A stretch of DNA of 37,461 nt from a virus (Duplodnaviria; Heunggongvirae; Uroviricota; Caudoviricetes): IMG/VR virus record IMGVR_UViG_2875703104_000006. One strand, written 5' to 3'. Shown piece by piece: positions 10,728 to 20,029 of this stretch; the stretch's first letter is position 1, and each line of letters starts with the position of its first letter. A model generated the notes under the pieces. The model did no database searches. It saw nothing but the letters and a program-made list of their open reading frames with translations, and was not told the DNA's origin. The translations under genes were made by a program, and so were the position numbers.

Positions 10728-10934
10728 TTACTCTCCCCGCGCCGCCTTACGCCGGTCCTCTTTGATTTTGAAATACAGGTTAGTCAGGTACGTCAGCAGC
10801 CCAAACAGCAGACTCCCCAGCACGCCTATTGCCGCCCACTGAGACGGGGAAACCCTGTCCAGCAACTGCAGGAACCAGTAGCCCGTTCCCACCGCTGACG
10901 TGGTGTATGACACACCTGTTGTGATTTTTTCCAT
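10728..10934 (-). CDS. S: Class II holin (S21-type pinholin), single start
   Basis: 68 aa [68 protein letters not shown]; paralog of the 6447-6662 holin. Confidence 0.85.
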   Translation of the reverse strand: MEKITTGVSYTTSAVGTGYWFLQLLDRVSPSQWAAIGVLGSLLFGLLTYLTNLYFKIKEDRRKAARGE

Positions 10935-10945
10935 CTGGTACGTGA

Positions 10946-11128
10946 CTACGGAATGAGCGGATCTTCGGGTTTGCTTCCGGCTGACTGACTGGCGCTGATT
11001 CTCTCAGCGGCCCTTTTATCAATCTGCCTGCGCCAGAAATCGCGCACTGCCCTGTACCCACCCGAAAGAAGATACATAACACAGACTGCCATACAGAAGT
11101 ACAGCATTACCTGATGAATAAATGTCAT
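10946..11128 (-). CDS. Small membrane protein immediately upstream of the holin (60 aa)
   Basis: N-terminal hydrophobic segment [13 protein letters not shown]; stop 12 nt upstream of the holin start; weak SD. Confidence 0.4.
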   Translation of the reverse strand: MTFIHQVMLYFCMAVCVMYLLSGGYRAVRDFWRRQIDKRAAERISASQSAGSKPEDPLIP

Positions 11129-11264
11129 AATTTCTTACCGTTATGGTTGACAATGAGAACTGTTTTCATTTAGAAATGATTGATGTCGAAAGCATCTTTT
11201 CTTTACATTCTCCATTGGGATTACCTCCGCCAGCTTCCATTCCTGCCGCTGGCGGCTTTTTTTA

Positions 11265-11532
11265 TCATGCCGCGATGTCCGCGTTGTTCACTTCCACCTT
11301 CACACTGTCAATCAGCAGCGTATATGTCGCCGCCTTTGATATGCCTGTCAGTTGCAGTTTGTCCGCCGCCCCTGATGCCGGAGACCGCCGCAATGGCCTG
11401 CATCAGGGTATAAGGCGTGATGGCCACCGGACTGCCAAATGGCTGCCACCCCTCCTTCAGTTTTTGTGTCAGTCGTTTCGCAAGGTCTGACGGCGATGCC
11501 GCCCTGACAACATCATAGTGTTTAAATGCCAT
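11265..11532 (-). pseudogene. Internally deleted remnant of the NanS-p-like esterase gene (first about 45 codons joined out of frame to the last about 40 codons)
   Basis: 11410-11532 matches the 5' end of the intact gene at about 16250-16375; 11265-11390 matches its 3' end at 14264-14390. Confidence 0.7.
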
Positions 11533-11792
11533 GGTTCTTTCCACCATCTGAAAAATAATTCTTTAAAATACCTGACATGTAATACAGAAAAAACACAAAA
11601 CCATACCTTAAATAAAAACCTCATCATCAAGCAGATATGCATGGATAAACTACAAGACGAGATATAAACCACCCTGCATTTAAATAAACAATAAACAACA
11701 TCAGAAAAATAATTCTGCTCTATGGTTTACATTCAAAAATATCATTTATACTTTTCAGAACATCACCAGCAAGACATAAACAAGGAAACTAA

Positions 11793-12128
11793 ATGAAGTG
11801 GATTGTGATTGATACAGTTATCCAGCCATCATGCGGAATATCTTTTTCAGTCATATGGAGTAAAATAAAATTAATAATCTGGTATCAATCGGATGCTTTC
11901 TTACCTCCTGAAAGTATATTTACACTGACTCACACAGGTATCATGCTCAATAACAAAGTGCTACCTGTAACCATTTACAACGTAGCACCATTCAATAAAA
12001 CATTCTGGAATTTAATCAAAAACAGCCAGGAATGTCCTACAAATACAGATAACGTATTGAATGAATGCTTTAATAACCGTTGCACTCTGCAAATATGTCC
12101 TTATGGACTAAAACAACAAAGTCCATAA
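11793..12128 (+). CDS. Hypothetical ORF in a strongly AT-rich island (111 aa)
   Basis: Only plus-strand ORF in this segment; atypical composition; no motif recognised. Confidence 0.25.
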   Translation: MKWIVIDTVIQPSCGISFSVIWSKIKLIIWYQSDAFLPPESIFTLTHTGIMLNNKVLPVTIYNVAPFNKTFWNLIKNSQECPTNTDNVLNECFNNRCTLQICPYGLKQQSP

Positions 12129-12159
12129 GGAGTTTACTCACATCTGACAAAATCAATAT

Positions 12160-12420
12160 AAACAGCCCCTCCGGAGAGGGGCTGGAGAGTGGCGCTATGT
12201 GCCATTGCATGGTGCCGGGTGCCTCCCGGTGAATTCAGTACCAGCACCTGAATCCGCGATTATCCCATATACCTACTCGCTGATTGCCCCTCCGCACAGG
12301 GGGATTCACCATGCCAGTTTCTTTTAACAAACTCCCCGCAAACCAGACAACAGTCAACCGCCTGAATTGTGAAGTATTTAAAAATTTCTCCCGCTAACTG
12401 ATACCCGGCTAACAGTCTGG
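12160..12420. repeat. Copy 1 of a roughly 250-bp repeat family containing the perfect palindrome AGCCCCTC-cgga-GAGGGGCT
   Basis: Near-identical to 17082-17335 and related to 16595-16800. Confidence 0.6.
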
Positions 12421-12575
12421 CGTTTTCTTTTTCAGCAACGGGAAAGCAACAACCACCACACCCGCCACCAGCACACCGTCAGCCAGCACTGACATTATCC
12501 GGCTGCTGCAATGCCACTCACAAAAACAGTAAGCAATCACTTTTTACCGTAACAAGTGATAATCCAGATATGTAT

Positions 12576-12929
12576 CTACCCCAGATGAGTAATCCGAAGT
12601 TCATCCATACCACAGGTACTGGCTATTCTGTTGTACTCCTGAACAAGAGCAAATAATTCTGAATTAGCAACCATGAACTCATCGCAAACCCTCTGTATAG
12701 CATCACTATTCAGAATAATAACGTCTCTTCCCGAAAGACGATCAGGAGTACAGAACAAAACTGTCAAACGGCTGAAGGCCTTTGCTCGTCCTGCATTGAC
12801 TATATCAATACGCTGCCTAAGGATGAAACACCCCGACGCCTCATCAATATTCACTCTACCCACACCATATGAATGATAAATATTTAATGCTGAAAAAACC
12901 ATTAGACCGTATAACAAACACTCAATCAA
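12576..12929 (-). CDS. Hypothetical 117-aa ORF at the position equivalent to TerB (and to stx in Stx phages) in the decayed module copy
   Basis: ORF with hydrophobic N-terminus MIECLLYGLMVFSALNIY; lower GC than surroundings; no obvious SD; coding status uncertain. Confidence 0.3.
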   Translation of the reverse strand: MIECLLYGLMVFSALNIYHSYGVGRVNIDEASGCFILRQRIDIVNAGRAKAFSRLTVLFCTPDRLSGRDVIILNSDAIQRVCDEFMVANSELFALVQEYNRIASTCGMDELRITHLG

Positions 12930-13042
12930 TACTTAACAGAACTTTTATTTTTGACAAACATAAAATATTTTCAACAATATCCTGAGCCAGGTATATTTCA
13001 GTATAAGGCTCTGCCGGAAGGAATCTGGAAGAATGAATATAG

Positions 13043-13116
13043 CGCGCTGTACTGGATTCGAACCAGTGACCGATTGCTTAGAAGGCAATTGCTCTGTCCG
13101 GCTGAGCTAACAACGC
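13043..13116 (-). tRNA. argO: tRNA-Arg (anticodon UCU)
   Basis: Cloverleaf readable by eye: 7-bp acceptor stem GCGTTGT/ACAGCGC, anticodon loop CTTCTAA, T-loop GGTTCGAATCC; end coordinates approximate. Confidence 0.8.
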
Positions 13117-13129
13117 TGAATACCGATAA

Positions 13130-13210
13130 TGGACCGCCATCGGGGACCCGCCCCCGCACCAACAACCCTGTTATCGTGTCGTCTGCTCTTCCTGATAAGC
13201 TAATGGCGGT
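13130..13210 (-). pseudogene. Degenerate tRNA-like sequence at the position of tRNA-Arg(UCG) in the other cluster
   Basis: Acceptor ends (accgccat...atggcggtcca) conserved with 18195-18271 but D-arm and T-loop disrupted. Confidence 0.35.
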
Positions 13211-13216
13211 TTGTGA

Positions 13217-13292
13217 TGGTGGCCCTTGCTGGATTTGAACCAGCGACCTGGCGATTATGAGTCGCTCGCTCTCACCACTGAGCTAAAGGGCC
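13217..13292 (-). tRNA. ileZ: tRNA with anticodon CAU (Met, or Ile2 if lysidine-modified; ileZ-like)
   Basis: GGCCCTTTAGCTCAGTGGTGAGAGC...anticodon loop CTCATAA...GGTTCAAATCC...GGGCCACCA with encoded CCA. Confidence 0.8.
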
Positions 13293-13337
13293 GGGAGCAG
13301 AATAATAACGGTCCGTAATTAATTCCGCAATAAAAAA

Positions 13338-13435
13338 CCCGCTCGGCGGCGGGTTGTAGAAACTCTTCTAACGCCAGGCATAAAAAGCCCATTGTTATGA
13401 CGAATTTACCACAGATTCCGGAAAAATCAACCTTG
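13338..13435 (-). promoter_or_regulatory. Late promoter PR'-like (-35 TTGATT, -10 TAAATT), Q-utilisation region and tR'-like terminator downstream of Q copy A
   Basis: Minus-strand sequence TTGATTtttccggaatctgtggTAAATTcgtcataacaatgggc resembles lambda PR' and its early transcribed region; followed by hairpin CCCGC-n6-GCGGG plus T-run at 13338-13353. Confidence 0.55.
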
Positions 13436-14267
13436 TTACCTAGTTACCTTTTTTAACTGCCGCTCAGCCCATGCTTCTTCAATATCAAACCGGGTCACCA
13501 GCGCATCATAGAATTTCTTAACTGTTTTTTCCCATGACGCGCGTGTTATCTGGTTTGTCACCTCGCATATAGCATTAAATGCCTCCGTTGATGGTAGTCT
13601 TTCATAGCCACGACCACCACAACGCTGGCAGTCTCTGATAACAGGCATACCACGTTTTACCGACTCTTCACGATGAATGGCGACACCACGCCCACGGCAA
13701 TCCTTACAGGCGGTGGAAACCTCACCCTTTCCGCCACACTCCGGACAGGCAACTTTTACCACCTCCCTGACTTTTTTCCATACCACGTTTTACCGACTCT
13801 TCACGATGAATGGCGACACCACGCCCACGGCAATCCTTACAGGCGGTGGAAACCTCACCCTTTCCGCCACACTCCGGACAGGCAACTTTTACCACCTCCC
13901 TGACTTTTTTCCATTCTTCCCAGTAAGACGAATACACACCTTTCGTACACTTTGCCCATACCGGCGGCTTACCATCCGGATACTGGACCTTGTTTGTAAA
14001 AACTACGCTTTCAATAAATTTTTCCCCATAGCAACAAGGGCACTGCTTTTTACTCGCTGCGCTGCGGGCATAATCCTCAAAAGCGTACGAAGCCATAATG
14101 CGCATCACTACCGGTTTTATTTCTGCCGGAAGTTTTCTCAACGCCGCCACACGATCGCACCGACTGAGTGCATAATCTGCCAGTAATTCTGTTGCCCGCG
14201 CCCTGTCATTCATACTGATGCCCATTTTCCCCAGTCCATTCCTGCCGCTGGCGGCTTTTTTTATCAT
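13436..14267 (-). pseudogene. Q: Antiterminator Q, copy A: native N-terminus replaced and frame broken by a 133-bp exact tandem duplication
   Basis: Q-like sequence with zinc-binding CPECGGKG...CKDCRGRG; duplicated 133-bp units at about 13648-13780 and 13781-13913; 5' end abuts the nanS-p 3' end. Confidence 0.75.
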
Positions 14268-16375
14268 GCCGCGATGTCCGCGTTGTTCACTTCCACCTTC
14301 ACACTGTCAATCAGCAGCGTATATGTCGCCGCCTTTGATATGCCTGTCAGTTGCAGTTTGTCCGCCGCCCCTGATGCCGGAGATTTCACCAGTGTGAACG
14401 GCGTCCCCCGTTTCTCATCCAGTACCGGCGTCACCTGAATGCTGTTGTTTCCGGCAAACTCAAAAGCCAGTGTGTGCCATCCGTTATCAAAGACCCCGAA
14501 CGTNTCCAGCTTCGCATTCGGCTTCTTGTGGTGCATCGCGTTCAGGTTCGTCGCATCCGTCTGCAGNAAGAAGGACATCAGCATGTCGTTGCCTTCCTCT
14601 GCCAGCGTCACTCCCTCCGGCAGGGACGACAACTGCCAGTAAATGCCCAGGGCAAACTGATTCGGCACCAGTGAACCCGGCAACTTAAACCGTACGCTCA
14701 CACGTCCCCCCTTCTTCAGTAACTCCACTCCCTGTCCGGCTGCATCATGCTCCAGAAACCAGATGTGGTTTTCCGGTTTATTCAGTTGCAGGGCCTTACC
14801 TCCCGTAGCCCCCGCATCACTGACCACCGCTTCAGCAATGTTTTTGTTAACATTGTCTCCGCTCGCCGGTTTGTGATAATAGCGCCAGCCCTGTGATGCC
14901 AGGTCTTCGCCGGACGCCAGCAGACTCATCAGGGTTCGGTTACTGACCGGGGCTTCCGGCTCTCTCTCCGTACCTTCACCGGAAGGTCCGGTGGGCTTCA
15001 CCGTATCAGGCTGTTTTCCGGTAATGAATTCAGCGTTTCTCCCGGCATGCACAAGAATCGCCGTTGCCAGACGGTCGGAAATAATCCCACGACGTGCCCA
15101 TGATCCAAAATGCGTTTTACGGTCNGCCGTCGTCCAGGTTTTGGCGTCCGTTCGACCACCGGCTCCGTAATACCCAATATCCGCAACATCCGGATCTTCT
15201 GACGGCTCGTTGGTACCCACATTTCGCCCGTTTTCATCCGTCATAAACGGCACAAAGAAGATTTTTTTTGCGGATTTCGTCTTGTATGCACCATACACCG
15301 CATCGTATTGCGAAGAATAAGTCTGCTTCCAGTAGTAGGTCGTGTCGCCACAAATCCAGGGAACCGATGACGGAGAGCCCCCGAGACACTGACCTCCGAA
15401 TTCCGACAGGTCAGAACGATATTTTTCCACCATGGAATCAAACAGCCCCGGCTGNGTGGCGTATGCACCCTGTTTCAAATCAAACTCGCCCTGCATCCAG
15501 ACCACTGCAAGCAGAATATTTTTAGGGTTGGCCTTCAGTGCGGCCTGAGTACGGGTAAGCAGGTCCTTGTACAGTGGCTTATCTACACCCCAGCGTGCCG
15601 AGGTCTCGCTTGCGCCGGTGGATTCGCTGAAGGTACCTTCATCGCCCGCCAAAAATGCAGAACCACCACGGCAGCACGGAACCAGAAGAATACCGGCATT
15701 CGCCGGAATAAACGGCAACAATTTCTTCGCGATATGTAATCCCTGCCCCACGCATCCATACTGAGCTGCNCTGGCTTTCGGGTGTGAAAACTTACTCAAA
15801 TCCTGAACATCATGCAGGCAGTGGTCCGCAGGAATAATGTCATTGTAGTTACAGNACGCACCACCCGGCGTGACAGTGCTGCGACGCGCCAGCTGTTTAA
15901 TACGCGGGTCCGGACGGTCATATGTCTCCGGCAGCGGAAGCCCTTCACCATACGCCATACCGTTTGACTGCCCGGCCAGGGCAACAACAAAGTAATACTC
16001 CGGGTTGCTGGTGGTGCTGATAACTGCGCCTTCTCCATCCGACGGCTTCACCACCACAGGTGTGGTGACATCACCTTCCGCCGCAATGGCCTGCATCAGG
16101 GTATAAGGCGTGATGGCCACCGGACTGCCAAATGGCTGCCACCCCTCCTTCAGTTTTTGTGTCAGTCGTTTCGCAAGGTCTGACGGCGATGCCGCCCTGA
16201 CAACATCATAGTGTTTNNNNNNNNNNNNNNNNNNNNNGGCCTGCATCAGGGTATAAGGCGTGATGGCCACCGGACTGCCAAATGGCTGCCACCCCTCCTT
16301 CAGTTTTTGTGTCAGTCGTTTCGCAAGGTCTGACGGCGATGCCGCCCTGACAACATCATAGTGTTTAAATGCCAT
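14264..16375 (-). CDS. nanS: NanS-p-like sialate O-acetylesterase (DUF1737 N-terminal domain plus SASA-type esterase domain); contains a duplication/gap artifact
   Basis: N-terminus MAFKHYDVVRAASPSDLAKRLTQKLKEGWQPFGSPVAITPY and GQSNGMAYGEG motif; 129-bp duplicate around N-run 16217-16237 plus single Ns. Confidence 0.75.
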   Translation of the reverse strand: MAFKHYDVVRAASPSDLAKRLTQKLKEGWQPFGSPVAITPYTLMQAXXXXXXXKHYDVVRAASPSDLAKRLTQKLKEGWQPFGSPVAITPYTLMQAIAAEGDVTTPVVVKPSDGEGAVISTTSNPEYYFVVALAGQSNGMAYGEGLPLPETYDRPDPRIKQLARRSTVTPGGAXCNYNDIIPADHCLHDVQDLSKFSHPKAXAAQYGCVGQGLHIAKKLLPFIPANAGILLVPCCRGGSAFLAGDEGTFSESTGASETSARWGVDKPLYKDLLTRTQAALKANPKNILLAVVWMQGEFDLKQGAYAXQPGLFDSMVEKYRSDLSEFGGQCLGGSPSSVPWICGDTTYYWKQTYSSQYDAVYGAYKTKSAKKIFFVPFMTDENGRNVGTNEPSEDPDVADIGYYGAGGRTDAKTWTTXDRKTHFGSWARRGIISDRLATAILVHAGRNAEFITGKQPDTVKPTGPSGEGTEREPEAPVSNRTLMSLLASGEDLASQGWRYYHKPASGDNVNKNIAEAVVSDAGATGGKALQLNKPENHIWFLEHDAAGQGVELLKKGGRVSVRFKLPGSLVPNQFALGIYWQLSSLPEGVTLAEEGNDMLMSFXLQTDATNLNAMHHKKPNAKLXTFGVFDNGWHTLAFEFAGNNSIQVTPVLDEKRGTPFTLVKSPASGAADKLQLTGISKAATYTLLIDSVKVEVNNADIAA

Positions 16376-16594
16376 GAATCCTCCCGGCCGGGATAATATT
16401 GTGAGTAAAATAAGGAGCGGGCTGAAGTCCGGAAGTTACAGGACAATGGCAGAAGAGAGACGACAGCCCGCAATTCGAAAAAGACCGCGCAGTTGCGCAG
16501 CCTTATGAATTCTGGTTAAAATCCATTCGATTATAAAAATGTATATCTCATGCTGTTGCCCGAACCCACTCGGGCTTTTTTTGCCCACAAGAAA

Positions 16595-16800
16595 GCCCCT
16601 CCGGAGAGGGGCTAAAGCCGCGTATCTGTATCATCATGCACATGGTGCCGGGTGCCTCCCGGTGAGTTCAGCCCGGTGCCACTAAACCCGCGTCATTCTC
16701 GTTTTGATAATCAGAGATTATACCGTCACCAGTCGCCCCTCCGCTCAGGGGGATTCACCATGCGAAATTTTTTTAACAAATGCCCAGTCTGACAGGCAAC
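16595..16800. repeat. Diverged copy of the hairpin-containing repeat family
   Basis: Shares AAAGCCCCTCCGGAGAGGGGCT, ggtgccgggtgcctcccggtgagttcag and cccctccgc(a/t)cagggggattcaccatg segments with 12160-12420 and 17082-17335. Confidence 0.55.
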
Positions 16801-17081
16801 TGTCAACTTACTGAATTGTGAGCAACATAGCATTTAACGGGGAACCTGTTTTCTGCAGTAAAAAGGCCCACCGGAGCGGATGGGCCTGGAAGGATAGCGG
16901 TCATGTGATGCCGGTTTCCCGGTAACTCAGCACCGGTATCTGAGTCAACGTTTTCTCTACTGGGTCATTTCCGATACGCCCTGCCTGCTGACAGGCTTTC
17001 ATCACATCTGAAAATATAGCACCCTGACTGATACTGTAGTACCTAAGGTTCCAGAAACTGTGATGTATCCGGCACAGAAAA

Positions 17082-17335
17082 GCCCCTCCGGAGAGGGGCT
17101 GGAGAGTGGCACTATGTGCCATTGCATGGTGCCGGGTGCCTCCCGGTGAGTTCAGTATCAGCACCTGAACCCGCACAGAAAGGATAAGGGTCGGTGACAA
17201 AACACCAGTTGCTGATTGCCCCTCCGCACAGGGGGATTCACCATGCCAGTTTCTTTTAACAAACTCCCCGCAAACCAGACAACAGTCAACCGCCTGAATT
17301 GTGAGGTATTTAAAAATTTCAACGGGTAACTGATA
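17082..17335. repeat. Copy of the hairpin-containing repeat family, immediately downstream of the small membrane gene
   Basis: Near-identical to 12160-12420. Confidence 0.6.
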
Positions 17336-17340
17336 CCCTG

Positions 17341-17493
17341 CTAATCGCCTGATGCTTTCTTTTTCAGCAACGGGAAAGCAACAACCACCACACCCGCCAC
17401 CAGCACACCGTCAGCCAGCACTGACATTATCCGGCTGCTGAAGTCCACCATCACCACCAGAAACAGCAGGAGCGCAACCACAGCCAGACGCAT
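17341..17493 (-). CDS. Small hydrophobic protein (50 aa)
   Basis: MRLAVVALLLFLVVMVDFSSRIMSVLADGVLVAGVVVVAFPLLKKKASGD; two predicted TM segments; a 5'-truncated copy lies at about 12425-12510. Confidence 0.45.
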   Translation of the reverse strand: MRLAVVALLLFLVVMVDFSSRIMSVLADGVLVAGVVVVAFPLLKKKASGD

Positions 17494-17501
17494 TTTTACC
17501 G

Positions 17502-17933
17502 TCACAGATGATTCTCCAGACGAAGGCCCAGAACACCGGCAATCTCTTCCAGCACCTTGCGCTCTTCCGGCTCTATTTCGCCGTCTGCTTCGGCAATGGC
17601 CACCGCCACATCCAGCACGTCTTCCGCTTCACGCGTATCGTGTTTCACATCCTCGATCTCACGTAACGCCGCACGACGACCAATTTTAAAGTTCGTATCC
17701 AGCTGACCGATAATGGTTGCGCTAATCGCATTAATTTCTGACGTAAACGCGGACAAGGTGGGCTGGTTACGTAATACCTGTTCGATCTTCGCTTTCTCGG
17801 AAGCCTCACATTCACCATCGGCATAAGCCACCAGGTATGCAGCGTTAATCACTGCCTGTGCCAGATCGCGTTTTTCAAACTTTTTAATTTCCGCAGACGC
17901 TCTGCGGGTTTTCTTTTTGAAGATTCCAAGCAT
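17502..17933 (-). CDS. TerB-like domain protein
   Basis: Start MLGIFKKK with SD AAGGAA; acidic helical protein LAQAVINAAYLVAYADGECEASEKAKIEQVL...AVAIAEADGEIEPEERKVLEEIA resembling TerB-family proteins by recall. Confidence 0.5.
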   Translation of the reverse strand: MLGIFKKKTRRASAEIKKFEKRDLAQAVINAAYLVAYADGECEASEKAKIEQVLRNQPTLSAFTSEINAISATIIGQLDTNFKIGRRAALREIEDVKHDTREAEDVLDVAVAIAEADGEIEPEERKVLEEIAGVLGLRLENHL

Positions 17934-18106
17934 TGTGACGTTCCTTTGGGTGGGTGAGCCAACGCCCGGGAGCGATCTGCCCACAGAGAAAGTCACACTG
18001 ACCACTCCGTAAGCTCACCCCCGAAAGGCTCTGTGGTTGATATGCGCCGGGCGTGGCGCGGATACAAAAAAGGCCCGCAAAAGCGAGCCGGGAAAAATAA
18101 GTCTGG

Positions 18107-18180
18107 CGCGTTGTACTGGATTCGAACCAGTGACCGATTGCTTAGAAGGCAATTGCTCTGTCCGGCTGAGCTAACAACGC
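18107..18180 (-). tRNA. argO: tRNA-Arg (anticodon UCU), second copy
   Basis: Near-identical to 13043-13116. Confidence 0.8.
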
Positions 18181-18194
18181 AGAATGCCGATAAA

Positions 18195-18271
18195 TGGACC
18201 GCCATCGAGGACTCGAACCCCGCGCAACCAGCTTCGAAGGCTGGCGCTCTATCCCGATGAGCTAATGGCGG
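18195..18271 (-). tRNA. argN: tRNA-Arg (anticodon read as UCG; argN-like)
   Basis: CCGCCAT TA GCTC ATCGGGATA GAGC G CCAGC CTTCGAA GCTGG ... CGGGG TTCGAGT CCTCG ATGGCGG T CCA; all four arms pair. Confidence 0.75.
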
Positions 18272-18280
18272 TATGTGATA

Positions 18281-18356
18281 TGGTGGCCCTTGCTGGATTT
18301 GAACCAGCGACCTGGCGATTATGAGTCGCTCGCTCTCACCACTGAGCTAAAGGGCC
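18281..18356 (-). tRNA. ileZ: tRNA with anticodon CAU (Met/Ile2; ileZ-like), second copy
   Basis: Identical to 13217-13292. Confidence 0.8.
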
Positions 18357-18396
18357 GGGCGCAGGATAATAACGGTACGTAACTAATCCTGCAATA

Positions 18397-19455
18397 TCAT
18401 CCGTTCTGACTGGCTAAATCCTGAACTTCCCTGACCGTCTGTTCAAAACGTTCAGTCTCCAGCTCAACGCCTGTAGCACGACGCCCCAGCGCCATCGCGG
18501 CTTTGACTGTCGAACCCGACCCCATGAAGAAATCTGCAACCAGGTCACCCGGACGACTGCTCGCACTGATTATCTGCTGCAGCATTTCTGCCGGTTTTTC
18601 GCACGGATGTTTCCCGGGATAGTACTGCACCGGTTTATGCGTCCACACATCCGTGTACGGCACCTGCGCCGTCACGCCAAAATACCGCCGCAGATGCTTA
18701 TATTCACTCTGCAGTTCCGCATACTGCCGGTTCAGTGAAGTATACGTCTCCAGCAGCTGGTGGTGGGGCTTTTCCAGTTCACCCCGCTGATGCTTCTCTT
18801 CTGCCACCCGGGCAAACAGCGCCTGTAATTTCAGATAATCACTTTCGTTCGGCAGCTGCCACTGACTGGCACTGAACCAGTGCGACACCATGTTTTTCTT
18901 TCCTGTGGCATCCACTATCTGTTTTGCCGTTATCCCCAGGGCAGCGCGCGCATCACGAAAGTAAGCAATCAGCGGGGCCATCACATGCTGTTTCAGTGCC
19001 CTGCCCTTCGCCTCATACCCGGCATCTTTCGGACGATACGGCCCCTGATAATGTTCCGCGAACAGAATGCGCTCTGTGGCGGGGAAATACGCCCGCAGGC
19101 TTTCCTTGTTGCACCCGTTCCAGCGTCCGGACGGCTTTGCCCAGATAATATGGTTCAGCACACTGAAGCGTTCACGCATCATGATTTCGATATCAGATGC
19201 CAGGCGATGACCACAGAACAGGTAAAGACTTCCGGCAGGTTTCAGCACCCGCCAGAACTGCGCCAGACACTGGTCCAGCCACTTCAGGTAATCATCGTCG
19301 CCCTTCCACTGGTTATCCCAGCCCTCAGGCTTCACTTTAAAGTACGGCGGGTCCGTGACTATCAGGTCAACAGAATTTTCGGGTAACGACCGGATAAATT
19401 CCAGGCAGTCGGCGTTGATTAACTCACAACTGGATATTTTTACAGTATTAAGCAT
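18397..19455 (-). CDS. DNA methyltransferase (N6-adenine or N4-cytosine, beta class)
   Basis: Motif IV DPPY near the N-terminus (LIVTDPPYF) and AdoMet motif I near the C-terminus (DFFMGSGST). Confidence 0.8.
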   Translation of the reverse strand: MLNTVKISSCELINADCLEFIRSLPENSVDLIVTDPPYFKVKPEGWDNQWKGDDDYLKWLDQCLAQFWRVLKPAGSLYLFCGHRLASDIEIMMRERFSVLNHIIWAKPSGRWNGCNKESLRAYFPATERILFAEHYQGPYRPKDAGYEAKGRALKQHVMAPLIAYFRDARAALGITAKQIVDATGKKNMVSHWFSASQWQLPNESDYLKLQALFARVAEEKHQRGELEKPHHQLLETYTSLNRQYAELQSEYKHLRRYFGVTAQVPYTDVWTHKPVQYYPGKHPCEKPAEMLQQIISASSRPGDLVADFFMGSGSTVKAAMALGRRATGVELETERFEQTVREVQDLASQNG

Positions 19456-19605
19456 GGATCATTAAACCTGTCTCTGATAGGCTCATTCTGCTTTTGCGCA
19501 AAGCAGTGGGCCTGAGGTTTGCTTGTGATCCAGACGCATGAGCAGATGGCTGGTGAGTGCCCCTAACACCCACCAGCCGCCCATTTACCACAAATAAAAA
19601 AGCCT

Positions 19606-19803
19606 TCAGGACTGAAGGCGTCTGTAACAACCAAACTGATAGTCTGCCAGACCCGCCATAACCAGCTGGGTCAGTATTAACTGGCAGCGTTCGCGTGAAA
19701 GGTAAGTATTCTGCGCTATCTCCCCGACTGTCGCCGGTTCGGTAACGCTTAATTCATTAAACACCACTCTGGCGGTTTCTGTCATATCCTGCTGTTTTAG
19801 CAT
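19606..19803 (-). CDS. Hypothetical small protein (65 aa) downstream of tR'
   Basis: ORF from MLKQQDMTE...; weak SD. Confidence 0.3.
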   Translation of the reverse strand: MLKQQDMTETARVVFNELSVTEPATVGEIAQNTYLSRERCQLILTQLVMAGLADYQFGCYRRLQS

Positions 19804-19924
19804 GTCTTTTTCCCTTTTCCGGTTAACGTGACACACCAATAACTCTTGTCGAAAAAGCCAGCAAGCTGAAAGACAGGTATTCACCGCCACCAGCGCGTTT
19901 ACTGTACTGACGCGATTTCAGTCA

Positions 19925-20029
19925 TAAAAAACCCGCCAGGCGGCGGGGTGTAAAAAATCTTCTAACGTCAGGCATAAAACGCCCATCGTTAGAGCAAATT
20001 TACCACAGATTCGGGAAAAATCAACAACA
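19925..20029 (-). promoter_or_regulatory. Late promoter PR'-like (-35 TTGATT at 20019-20024, -10 TAAATT at 19997-20002) with Q-utilisation region and tR'-like terminator hairpin, downstream of Q copy B
   Basis: Minus-strand TTGATTtttcccgaatctgtggTAAATTtgctctaacgatgggc; hairpin CCCGCC-n4-GGCGGG plus T-run at about 19931-19948. Confidence 0.6.

Noticed and set aside
12430-13040. Possible Shiga toxin genes downstream of the ileZ/argN/argO-like tRNA cluster
   Set aside because: No ORF in either cluster's downstream region resembles StxA or StxB; the slots hold a TerB-like gene and an unrelated 117-aa ORF.
12160-17335. Possible CRISPR array, because of repeated hairpin-containing units
   Set aside because: Units are about 250 bp, irregularly spaced across kilobases, and show no short repeat-spacer periodicity.
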